A DNA stretch of 33,765 nucleotides, from NCBI GenBank assembly GCA_017998555.1, contig JAGOCU010000002.1:1-33765 (forward strand). The letters are read 5' to 3'. The notes below the pieces were generated by a model, which searched no databases, was not told the origin of the DNA, and saw nothing but the letters and a program-made list of their open reading frames with translations. Made by a program: the position numbers and the translations under genes. The stretch comes from Thermoflexales bacterium (lineage in GTDB: Bacteria; Chloroflexota; Anaerolineae; J036; Brachytrichaceae). Positions 23,901 to 30,585 of this stretch are shown piece after piece. Every line of letters starts with the position of its first letter. Position 1 is the first letter of the stretch.

Positions 23901-26900
23901 ACCCCCACCCGCACGCCCACGCCCACGCCGACCCCGGCCATCACCTGCAACATGTATTACCCCTCGGATATGCCGAGGACGCTGGGCGACATCGCCGCCT
24001 TGAGCTCGCTGGTCATTGTGACCGACACCTTCATGGTCAGCGATGTCAATATCGTCGGTTTTGGTATGACGCATCAGAACGTGGGCGATCTGGGCATCTT
24101 CCTTTCCTCGCCGGACTTCACCCAGGTCGTCCTGTCCTTCCGGAATGGCGGGACGGGGGACAACTTCAGCGGGACCAGCTTCGACGATGCGGCGGCGTTT
24201 TCCATCGTCACGGGAACAGCGCCCTACTCGGGCACGTTCCGCCCGGAAGAACCGCTCAGCCTCTACAACGGCATGAACGCCCCGGGGAACTGGACGTTAA
24301 GCCTGAATGACAACTCCGTTCCCTTCACCGGGACTTTGACCAACTGGGCGCTGCAACTGTGCGGCAACATCGCCACACCGACGCCGACAAACACGCCGAG
24401 CAACACCCCCACCGCGACACCGACGAGTACGCCGACGAGCACCCCGACGGCGTTGTGCACGGGTCTGGACGCCTGCACCGGCGCTACAGGCAGCATCGGC
24501 ACGAACTCCTGCAACGGGGATTACGCCTGCTACGGGGCCACCGGCCCCATCGGCAACAACGCCTGCAACGGCGATCAGGCCTGCAATGGCTCGAATGGGC
24601 CGATCGGCAACAACTCGTGCGACGGCGTGCAGGCCTGTTACGGCACCGGCCACATCGGCGAAAACTCCTGCAACGGCGAATTTGCCTGCGAGCTCATCAG
24701 CGGCCCGGTCGGCGACGACGCGTGCAACGGTTACGCGGTCTGCTATCACCGCGCTTCGCCGGTCGGGGATTGCGAGTTCAACGACCCGGTCATCGCCTGC
24801 ATCACCCGCACGCCGACGCCGACCTCCACCGCCACCGCCACCGGCACGGCCACGCCAACGCCGACGCGGACCTCGACACCCACGGTGACGCCGACGTCGA
24901 CGAACACGGCGACCTCGACGGTGACGCCGACGGCGACACCCACCCTGGTCCCGGGCACCGTGGGCGCAACCAACAACAGCCCAACCCTGCTCGGCAGCCC
25001 AACCTTTCTGACCTCGACCGCGACGCTCAACACGCCGGTCTTTGCCTGGCGCTTTGGGGATGGGACGTTTGGCAGTGGCGCGGCGCTCAGCCATGTCTAT
25101 CCTGCGATCGGTAACTACACTGCGGTCGTCACGGCCAGCAACGGCATCTTCACCCTGACCACGTCGACCCTGGTCAGTATCCTGGATGTGCCCATTGCCG
25201 GGCTGGCGTCGGTCAATGACAGCCCGACCTGGAACGGGCGCCCGAGCGTGCTGACCGCGACGAGCAGCGCTGGAAGCAATATCGGCTATCTGTGGAACTT
25301 CAGCGGGAGTGTGAGCGCCGGCTCGGTGGTCAGCCATGCCTATGCGCTGCCGGGCACGTATGCTTACGTCATCACGGCGACCAACACCCGCGGCAGCGCA
25401 ACGGTGACGGGAACCGTCAGCGTCGTCCAGGCCCGTTTCCTGGCGCCGGGCGGGGCGGACAGCGGCGACTGCCGCGCGCCAGCGAGCCCGTGCGCGACGT
25501 TTGCGTATGCGCTGGATCAGGCGGCGCCGGGCGACTACATCGGCCCAGCGGCCGGGACCTACATCCAGCCGAATGTGATCGTGACCAGGAACGTCATCAT
25601 CCAGGGCGCCGGGGCAGGCGCCACCTTTGTCCAGGCGGCGGCTGCGCCAACGCTCTCCAACCTGCGCGTCTTCCGGATTCTCTCGGGCACAGTAGCCACC
25701 CTGCGCGGGATGACGATCCGTTACGGGGCTGGCATCCAGAATGACGGCGCGTTGCAACTCGAGGACAGCGCCATCGTCAGCAACACCGCCACCTTCGACG
25801 GGGGCGGGATCTTCAACATCGGCCGGCTGGGCGTGCGCGACAGCAGCATCATGTCGAACACCGCCAACCGGGGCGGCGGGGTTTACAACGCCGGGACGAT
25901 GACGGTCACGGACAGCGCGATCTCGAACAACCGGGCCGTCGACAGCGCCGGGTTGCACAACGCTGGCGTGCTCACCCTGACCCGGGACCTGATCGCCGGC
26001 AACGCGGCCACGGACGCGGGCGGCGGCCTCTACAACACGACCGGAGCGACCCTGACCGTGCGCAGCAGCGCGCTGGTGAGCAACAGCGCCAGCGTTGGCG
26101 GCGGGCTGGCCAACGCGGCCGGCGGGCTGATCGATATCGGCAACAGCACCATCGCCGCCAACACTGCCGTCAACAGCGCCGGAATCAACAACAACGGCGC
26201 GCTGACCCTGAGCAACAGCACCCTGGCCGGCAACATTGCGTCGAACAAGGGTGGCGGGATCTACAACAGCGCCGCGGCGGCCTTCCATGTCCGGCACACG
26301 ATCCTGGCTGGCAACACGGCCGCCAGCGACGCCAACTGCAGCGGATTGGGAAGCATCGACACGCTTGGCTACAACCTGCAGTACCCAGGCGCGGGCTGCG
26401 GCGGGCTGACGGCCGGCGATCCGAAACTCGGGCCGCTGGCTTCCAACGGAAACGCGCTACCCAGTATGGCGCCATTGGGCGGCAGCTTTGCCGTCGATGA
26501 GGGCGACCCGACCGGCTGCGCCGACAGCGCAGGCGCAGCCGTGCTGTTCGATCAGCGCGGGACGGCCCGCCCGCAGGGCGCGCGCTGCGATATCGGCGCG
26601 TATGAACACGTCCCCTCGGCCCTCACTGGCATCAGCGCCAGCGCGACGACGCCCACCCGCTTCGGGAGCGCAACGGTCTTCACGGCCAGCATCGTTGGGG
26701 ATGACCGCGCGCTGTACACGTGGAGCTTTGGCGATGGCGGGGTCACGCTCACCACTCATTCGCCCGTAATCAGCAAAACCTATACCCAGCTTGGGGTCTA
26801 CACCGCCCGGGTGACGGCCACCAACGGGATCAGCACGGCCACGGCCAGCGCCGCGCTCAGCGTGATCGACACGCCAATCACCAGCCTGGTCGCGACCAGC

Positions 26901-29795
26901 ACCAGCCCGACCCGCTTTGGCGAGGTCACGACCTTCACCGCCAGCGCGAGCGGCAGCCACATCGTCTTCACCTGGAACTTCGGGGATGCCGGGGCGGCGC
27001 CGGCGCAGCGCACGGGCGCCGGCTCTGTCGTCACACACACGTATTCGGCCGGTGGATTCTTCACCGCCCAGATCACCGCCACCAACGGCGTCAGCGCGGT
27101 GGTGACCACCCGCCAGGTGGCGGTCGCCAATCAGGTGTATGTGAACGCGGCCGCGACCGGGGCGAACAACGGGCTGACCTGGGTCGATGCTTACCGCGAC
27201 TTGCAGACCGCCCTGTTGGGCGCCGCCAGCGGGCAGGAGCTGTGGGTGGCCCAAGGCACGTATTTCCCGGCCCCGCCGCGTGGGAATCCCTTGCTCAGCT
27301 TCCAGCTTCGCAACAGCGTGGCGCTCTATGGCGGTTTCTCCGGCGCCGAGACCACCCGCGGCGAGCGAAACCCCGGCAGCCATCCAACAATCCTGAGCGG
27401 TCTCATCAGCGGCCCGAACATTGTTCCGAGCCAGCATGTGGTTGACGGCAGTGGCGTGAATGAGACTGCCGTTCTGGATGGCTTCACCGTGACCGATGGC
27501 TGGGCGAGCCTGCCTCGGTTCGGCGGGGGCTTGTACATTGTGGGCGGCAGCCCGACGGTAAGCGATACGAAATTCGTTGGCAATCGCGCCCTCTACGACG
27601 GCGGGGCGATCTATATCCTGAATGGCAATCCGCGGCTGACCGGGCTCGCGTTCAGCGCCAATACGGTGTTCTCCAGCACGGGGCGCGGCGGCGCGATCTA
27701 CATCGGCGCCGGAAGCGCGCCCATCATCGAATCGAGCGTCTTCAGCGGCAACACGGCCTTCAATGGCGGCGCGATCTATCACACCGGGATCAGCGCCACC
27801 CTGCGCAATTTGACGTTCACTGGCAACAGCGCGCTCACGGCGTCGCTGAACGTGCGCGGCAGCGGCGGTGGCCTCTACGTCGCAACCCTCGCGGATATGG
27901 GCTCGCTGCGATTCCAGGGCAACTTCGCGGCTGGCTTTGGCGGCGGGATGTATATCGCCTCCGGAAATCAGGCTCTCTCGAACGCCACCTTCGACGCCAA
28001 CTACGGCTTCCACGGGGGTGGACTCCACGTTGATGCGGGCGCGCTGACGCTGATGGATGCGACCTTCACGGGCAATTCCGCTGGCGCCGGGGGTGGCATG
28101 GAAACTGGCTATGCCGCCACCGCCACGCTGAGCCGAGTTTCCTTCCTGGCGAACACGGCCTACAACGGCGGCGGGGTAAGCGCCGGTTTCGAAATGACCT
28201 ACACCAATGTGATCTTCGCAGCCAATGCAGGCCAGCAATATGGCGGGGCAATCTTCAACGGGAGCAATGGCGCCACGCAATTGACGAACGTTACGGTCGC
28301 GGGTAACAGCGCCGGATACAAGGGTGGCGCCATTGCCAATCTGACCGGGGGGGTGCCGTCGATCCGCAACAGCATCCTGTATGGAAACGTGACCGGGGAC
28401 GGCCTGCAAATCTATTCGTACCTGGCCCCGGTCGTCAACGACAGCCTCATCGAGGGCGGCTGGGTCGGCGGGGTCAATATCGCGCGCCTCAATCCGCGCT
28501 TCATCCGTGAACCTGGGACCAACGGCAGCGCGGATGCGGGCGATCTGCATCTGCAGCCCGGTTCGCCGGCGCGCAACGTTGGCAACAACGCCACCTGCGC
28601 TGCGGTTGACCGGGACGGCAATGCACGCCCACGCACCGTTGGCAACCCGTGCGACATGGGCGCCTACGAGTACAGCGGGCTGCTTCTGAATGTTCCAGGG
28701 AATCGACCGCAGACCGACGCGCCGGAAACGGGTGTGTTCGCGGCGCCGCCCGGCGATGTGCTCGTACAGGCGCCGCAGGGTGCGGTCATCGCTACGACCG
28801 AACTGGCGTTCAGCGCCGGCCCGAATGCCGAGTCACGGGTGCCCGAGGCCTATCGCTCCGTGAACGTCTTCAGTTTGGACGCCTGGCAGGCCGATGAGAG
28901 GGTGGCCGGCTTCCGCTTCGCCACGCCGGTCACGCTCGTCATCGGCTACGAGCGGACCGACTTGAGCGAGGACGAGGCCCAGGCCCTGATCGTGCGCGCC
29001 TACGACATGGCGACGGGCGAATGGACGAGCGATGGCATCGAAGTCGTCGCTCAGGACGCGGAGGCCCGGACGGTGACGGTCGCGACGACGCGGACCGGGG
29101 CGTTCGGCCTGTTTATTGCCCCGCTCAAACTCAACGCTCGGATCATCGCCAGCGGCCCAACGGGCACGCGCAACCTGGCGGCGGGCGCGCAGGTACTGTA
29201 TCGGGTCGTGGTCGACAACCCGACCGATCAGCCGGTGACCGGCGCGTCACTGTCAGTCGCGCTGCCGGCCGGAATGATCTTCGAAGCCTGGCAGGAGCAG
29301 GGCGGCGCAGCTGAGTCGAATGGCGTCGTAACGCTCGTGTCGTTTGACCTCGGGCCGCACAGCAACGCGCTGCTCGCGTTCAGCGCGCGGACCGGCAGCG
29401 ATCCGGCCCTGGCCGGGACGACCCTGCCGGCTGTGCTGACGCTCAACGCTGACGATCTGGCACCCTTCACCGAGCGGGCGGAGGTCAGCCTGAACGGGCC
29501 GGTGTCGGCGGTGGCGGACACGATCACGACGACGCTGGGCGGAGCGGTGGCGGTCGCCGTCCTGGCCAACGATCTCAACCCTGACGCCAGCCCGCTCGTG
29601 TTGGCCGTGGTCGGCGCGCCGGGCAAGGGCCGGGCCGAGATCGTCGGGCATGCGGTCGTCTACACACCGGACGTCGGCACGAGCGGCTCGGACGCGTTCA
29701 GCTATACCGTGCAGGACGGGGCTTTCAGCGCGGAAGGGACGGTGACGGTCTGGATCGCCGGGCGGACGCTGTATCTGCCGGTGCTGGGGCGATAG
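20961..29795 (+). CDS. Giant (2,944 aa) secreted mosaic protein: CSLREA-type/parallel beta-helix (Pmp-like, choice-of-anchor-Q-like) modules, P-domain, Cys-rich repeats, 4 PKD domains, DUF11-like and cadherin-like domains
   Basis: ATG at 20961 follows a purine-rich GGGGGAAG and overlaps the upstream stop (ATGAGTAA). The N-terminus MSNRNHTGLGALIGMTALAGGLAAAASLLMGAAPVQRASA is signal-peptide-like. The ORF runs uninterrupted to TAG at 29793-29795 and contains many recognisable modules (see sub-features). Confidence 0.9.
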   Translation: MSNRNHTGLGALIGMTALAGGLAAAASLLMGAAPVQRASASAPERAASTRVVTSTADGGAGSLREAMAAASAGDLIQFALASNAVISINSTIIAAVNATIDGAGQSVTVHGQNAVRVLDINPSVTLTLTRMTLEGGRASGHGGAARNLGILLIDHSVIRNSSATGDGGNIYNAGILRIAYSEIVAGSAVTGAGGGIANAVGGSAVILNGLFHSNAAQSSAISNLGVAEVRNTSFYYNNVISSAIPGATSGISTSGILTIVNSTIAAVGGFGLNTTGGTATLLNTSMADGVACGGTQPIDGGGNLDVGNTCGFAVGAPKYSLINTSPGVDFGDVYLSPLPGGAVIDAGQNGAVGADTLDALGQPRIRNGRVDIGATEYLQPFVCSGIFAPGSPIFNRTDPGNPPTALAPGPGTAAYHRPMTFTVSSTGLYSMAMSGGMDGFYALYQGSFNPGAPLSNVLEATDDIIGANPAIYRAMTAGTQYVLVATTYFDYETGSYTNTLDGQGAVLGDCPRIVTSGADSGPGSLRAALAAASAGDAIGFALPGNSVITLTSTLTVNVAGTIDGSGQSVKLYGVDPVPSLLINPGVALTLTGFDYASGGGSIDASIFNSGTLSLSHVDLGVVNAAIVNAGTLNYSDGINQGTNNSNITNTVGGLATFSRVAFISQAPAIVNQGAATVRNSVFVYGIGDAITATLGISNSGALTVVNSTFGVQSGIQIFNAGGTATLYNTILAGDTVSTTVNCAGIAPIDGGGNLDSGHSCGFTSGAPKYSIINMDPLIDGGDIYLRLLAGSPAIDAGQNAAVGGDTMDALGQPRIRNGRVDIGATEYVQPFVCSGVFAPGGPTYNRSAIGNPPVGLASGPGTSVFYRPITFSVSSSGPYSLVMSGGLDGFYTLYQGGFNPGAPLVNALEAVDDFVGLNPAIYRILIAGTQYVLVSTTYTDNATGAFTDSIDGPGAALGSCNPVATAPPTPTPTSTPTHTPTPTRTPTPTPTPAITCNMYYPSDMPRTLGDIAALSSLVIVTDTFMVSDVNIVGFGMTHQNVGDLGIFLSSPDFTQVVLSFRNGGTGDNFSGTSFDDAAAFSIVTGTAPYSGTFRPEEPLSLYNGMNAPGNWTLSLNDNSVPFTGTLTNWALQLCGNIATPTPTNTPSNTPTATPTSTPTSTPTALCTGLDACTGATGSIGTNSCNGDYACYGATGPIGNNACNGDQACNGSNGPIGNNSCDGVQACYGTGHIGENSCNGEFACELISGPVGDDACNGYAVCYHRASPVGDCEFNDPVIACITRTPTPTSTATATGTATPTPTRTSTPTVTPTSTNTATSTVTPTATPTLVPGTVGATNNSPTLLGSPTFLTSTATLNTPVFAWRFGDGTFGSGAALSHVYPAIGNYTAVVTASNGIFTLTTSTLVSILDVPIAGLASVNDSPTWNGRPSVLTATSSAGSNIGYLWNFSGSVSAGSVVSHAYALPGTYAYVITATNTRGSATVTGTVSVVQARFLAPGGADSGDCRAPASPCATFAYALDQAAPGDYIGPAAGTYIQPNVIVTRNVIIQGAGAGATFVQAAAAPTLSNLRVFRILSGTVATLRGMTIRYGAGIQNDGALQLEDSAIVSNTATFDGGGIFNIGRLGVRDSSIMSNTANRGGGVYNAGTMTVTDSAISNNRAVDSAGLHNAGVLTLTRDLIAGNAATDAGGGLYNTTGATLTVRSSALVSNSASVGGGLANAAGGLIDIGNSTIAANTAVNSAGINNNGALTLSNSTLAGNIASNKGGGIYNSAAAAFHVRHTILAGNTAASDANCSGLGSIDTLGYNLQYPGAGCGGLTAGDPKLGPLASNGNALPSMAPLGGSFAVDEGDPTGCADSAGAAVLFDQRGTARPQGARCDIGAYEHVPSALTGISASATTPTRFGSATVFTASIVGDDRALYTWSFGDGGVTLTTHSPVISKTYTQLGVYTARVTATNGISTATASAALSVIDTPITSLVATSTSPTRFGEVTTFTASASGSHIVFTWNFGDAGAAPAQRTGAGSVVTHTYSAGGFFTAQITATNGVSAVVTTRQVAVANQVYVNAAATGANNGLTWVDAYRDLQTALLGAASGQELWVAQGTYFPAPPRGNPLLSFQLRNSVALYGGFSGAETTRGERNPGSHPTILSGLISGPNIVPSQHVVDGSGVNETAVLDGFTVTDGWASLPRFGGGLYIVGGSPTVSDTKFVGNRALYDGGAIYILNGNPRLTGLAFSANTVFSSTGRGGAIYIGAGSAPIIESSVFSGNTAFNGGAIYHTGISATLRNLTFTGNSALTASLNVRGSGGGLYVATLADMGSLRFQGNFAAGFGGGMYIASGNQALSNATFDANYGFHGGGLHVDAGALTLMDATFTGNSAGAGGGMETGYAATATLSRVSFLANTAYNGGGVSAGFEMTYTNVIFAANAGQQYGGAIFNGSNGATQLTNVTVAGNSAGYKGGAIANLTGGVPSIRNSILYGNVTGDGLQIYSYLAPVVNDSLIEGGWVGGVNIARLNPRFIREPGTNGSADAGDLHLQPGSPARNVGNNATCAAVDRDGNARPRTVGNPCDMGAYEYSGLLLNVPGNRPQTDAPETGVFAAPPGDVLVQAPQGAVIATTELAFSAGPNAESRVPEAYRSVNVFSLDAWQADERVAGFRFATPVTLVIGYERTDLSEDEAQALIVRAYDMATGEWTSDGIEVVAQDAEARTVTVATTRTGAFGLFIAPLKLNARIIASGPTGTRNLAAGAQVLYRVVVDNPTDQPVTGASLSVALPAGMIFEAWQEQGGAAESNGVVTLVSFDLGPHSNALLAFSARTGSDPALAGTTLPAVLTLNADDLAPFTERAEVSLNGPVSAVADTITTTLGGAVAVAVLANDLNPDASPLVLAVVGAPGKGRAEIVGHAVVYTPDVGTSGSDAFSYTVQDGAFSAEGTVTVWIAGRTLYLPVLGR
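21111..23840 (+). repeat. Diverged tandem duplication of a ~1.37-kb (~460-aa) module: CSLREA-like motif + beta-helix + ...RIRNGRVDIGATEY + unassigned ~150-aa C-terminal subdomain
   Basis: Module 1 runs about 21111-22495 and module 2 about 22498-23840. Matching landmarks: VVTSTADGGAGSLREAMAAASAGDLIQFAL / IVTSGADSGPGSLRAALAAASAGDAIGFAL; identical DALGQPRIRNGRVDIGATEY; QPFVCSG(I/V)FAPG...MSGG(M/L)DGFY.LYQG.FNPGAPL...AGTQYVLV.TTY...LG(D/S)C. Confidence 0.85.
23938..24366 (+). other. Proprotein-convertase P-domain-like module flanked by Pro/Thr linkers
   Basis: MVSDVNIVGFGMTHQNVGDLGIFLSSPDFTQVVLSFRNGGTGDNFSGTSFDDAAAFSIVTGTAPYSGTFRPEEPLSLYNGMNAPGNWTLSLNDNSVPFTGTLTNWALQLCG. PT linkers lie at about 23853-23940 and 24372-24452. 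Confidence 0.7.
24456..24800 (+). repeat. Cys-rich tandem repeat, ~18 aa x 6-7 (C-N-G-x-x-A-C-x-G-x-x-G-P-I-G-x-N-S/A), 14 Cys in ~115 aa
   Basis: CTGLDACTGATGSIGTNS / CNGDYACYGATGPIGNNA / CNGDQACNGSNGPIGNNS / CDGVQACYGTGHIGENS / CNGEFACELISGPVGDDA / CNGYAVCYHRASPVGD / CEFNDPVIAC. Followed by a third PT linker at about 24804-24955. Confidence 0.8.
24960..25430 (+). other. Two PKD domains
   Basis: FAWRFGDGTFGSGAALSHVYPAIGNYTAVVTASNG and YLWNFSGSVSAGSVVSHAYALPGTYAYVITATNTRGS (WxFGDG...H.Y...G.Y.v.l.v.n pattern). Confidence 0.8.
25430..26615 (+). other. Parallel beta-helix repeat block ending in a choice-of-anchor-Q-like motif
   Basis: Repeated GGG(I/V/L)(F/Y)N.G.l.v..S.i..N.A units (GGGIFNIGRLGVRDSSIMSNTANRGGGVYNAGTMTVTDSAISNNRA...), ending in LFDQRGTARPQGARCDIGAYEH. 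Confidence 0.7.
26625..27130 (+). other. Two PKD domains
   Basis: YTWSFGDGGVTLTTHSPVISKTYTQLGVYTARVTATNG and FTWNFGDAGAAPAQRTGAGSVVTHTYSAGGFFTAQITATNG. Confidence 0.8.
27130..28675 (+). other. Parallel beta-helix / polymorphic-membrane-protein-like repeat block
   Basis: VYVNAAATGANNGLTWVDAYRDLQTAL...LWVAQGTYFP...LYGGFSG.ETTRGERNP, then repeated GGAIY...F.GN.A units, ending in VDRDGNARPRTVGNPCDMGAYEY. Confidence 0.7.
29500..29760 (+). other. Cadherin-like / bacterial Ig-like terminal domain
   Basis: AVADTITTTLGGAVAVAVLANDLNPDASPLVLAVVGAPGKGRAEIVGHAVVYTPDVGTSGSDAFSYTVQDGAFSAEGTVTVWI (the A.dD...t..g..v.i.vLaND.d.d...l.......p..G.....g..v.YtP..g..G.DsF.Ytv.D pattern). Preceded by a DUF11-like segment at about 29135-29480. 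Confidence 0.65.
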
Positions 29796-29797
29796 AC

Positions 29798-29847
29798 GTT
29801 TCTGGAGAGATACACCCGACGTACGCCGGGTATATCTCTCCGGAAAC
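29798..29847. terminator. Palindromic element copy D (21-bp stem, 8-nt loop) between convergent stops; probable bidirectional terminator
   Basis: GTTTCTGGAGAGATACACCCG (29798-29818) / ACGTACGC / CGGGTATATCTCTCCGGAAAC (29827-29847). One G-U and one mismatch on the plus-strand RNA. Lies 3 nt after the giant-gene stop and 6 nt before the DUF47 stop. The apex CGACGTACGCCGG resembles copies A and C. Confidence 0.65.
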
Positions 29848-29852
29848 ATCAC

Positions 29853-30470
29853 TCACGACAGCTTCATCACCACCATCCCAAACACGTTGGCGGTGGTGTC
29901 GGCCCGGTCGGACATATTTGAGACGTGCCGATAGACCTCGCGCCGGTTGAGCACGGACGGCAGGTTCTCTCCGGTGGCCTTGGAGAACAAGTCGGCCACC
30001 GCGACGCGGTAAAGGTGATCGACCTCGCCCTCGAGCTTCTTGGCTCTCCGGGCATGGTCGCCGGCTACCCGCGGGTTGGCGCTCAGGCGTTGGGCGGCCA
30101 TGTGCAGCTCCTGGGCTTCCTGGCGCACCAGTGCCACCATTTTGCGCAAATAGTCGTCGCCCTGGACCTTGAGCAGCACCAGTTCCTCGAGTGTCGACAG
30201 GGCGTAATCGAGCATGTCGTCCATGTAGAGCGACAGGTTGAACAGGTCCTCGCGATCGACCGGGGTGACAAAGGTGTTGTGCAGTTCGTCGATCAGGATC
30301 CGGCGCGTCTCGTCGGCGTCCATCTCGACCGCGCTCAGCTTGTCGATCCCGGCCTGGTCGGGGTGGTCAATCAGCGACTCCAGCAGCTCGATGCCCTTGA
30401 CGGTCTTGGCGGCCTGCTCGATCAGCAGAACGATAAAGCGATCTTCTTCCTTCTTCTTGCGTCCAAACAC
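29853..30470 (-). CDS. DUF47 / PhoU-like phosphate-transport regulator (YkaA-type partner of PiT transporters)
   Basis: ...FGRKKKEEDRFIVLLIEQAAKTVKGIELLESL...ETRRILIDELHNTFVTPVDREDLFNLSLYMDDMLDYALSTLEELVL...EGEVDHLYRVAVADLF fits DUF47 (TIGR00153-like). The track ORF starts at TTG 30500. I prefer GTG 30470 because a perfect AAGGAG (30485-30480, minus strand) lies 9 nt upstream of it. Confidence 0.85.
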   Translation of the reverse strand: MFGRKKKEEDRFIVLLIEQAAKTVKGIELLESLIDHPDQAGIDKLSAVEMDADETRRILIDELHNTFVTPVDREDLFNLSLYMDDMLDYALSTLEELVLLKVQGDDYLRKMVALVRQEAQELHMAAQRLSANPRVAGDHARRAKKLEGEVDHLYRVAVADLFSKATGENLPSVLNRREVYRHVSNMSDRADTTANVFGMVVMKLS

Positions 30471-30506
30471 AATCTTTTTCTCCTTCAAAGCCACTGACAA
30501 AACTTC

Positions 30507-30557
30507 TTCCCGGAGGCGATATCCCCCGGCGAAGCCGGGGGATATCGCCTCCGGGAA
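30507..30557. repeat. Palindromic element copy B (24-bp perfect stem, GAA triloop) between the PiT and DUF47 genes
   Basis: 30507-30530 pairs perfectly with 30534-30557 (TTCCCGGAGGCGATATCCCCCGGC / GAA / GCCGGGGGATATCGCCTCCGGGAA). The outer stem GGAGGCGATATCCCC is identical to copy A. Confidence 0.85.
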
Positions 30558-30585
30558 TGGTTTTGTTGCGAGTCCTTAGGCCTGA

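Noticed and set aside
23853-24955. Repetitive ACG/CCG/ACC DNA as a non-coding micro/minisatellite.
   Set aside because: The tracts are in frame within the giant ORF and translate to Pro/Thr linkers between folded modules, so they are coding low-complexity rather than intergenic satellites.
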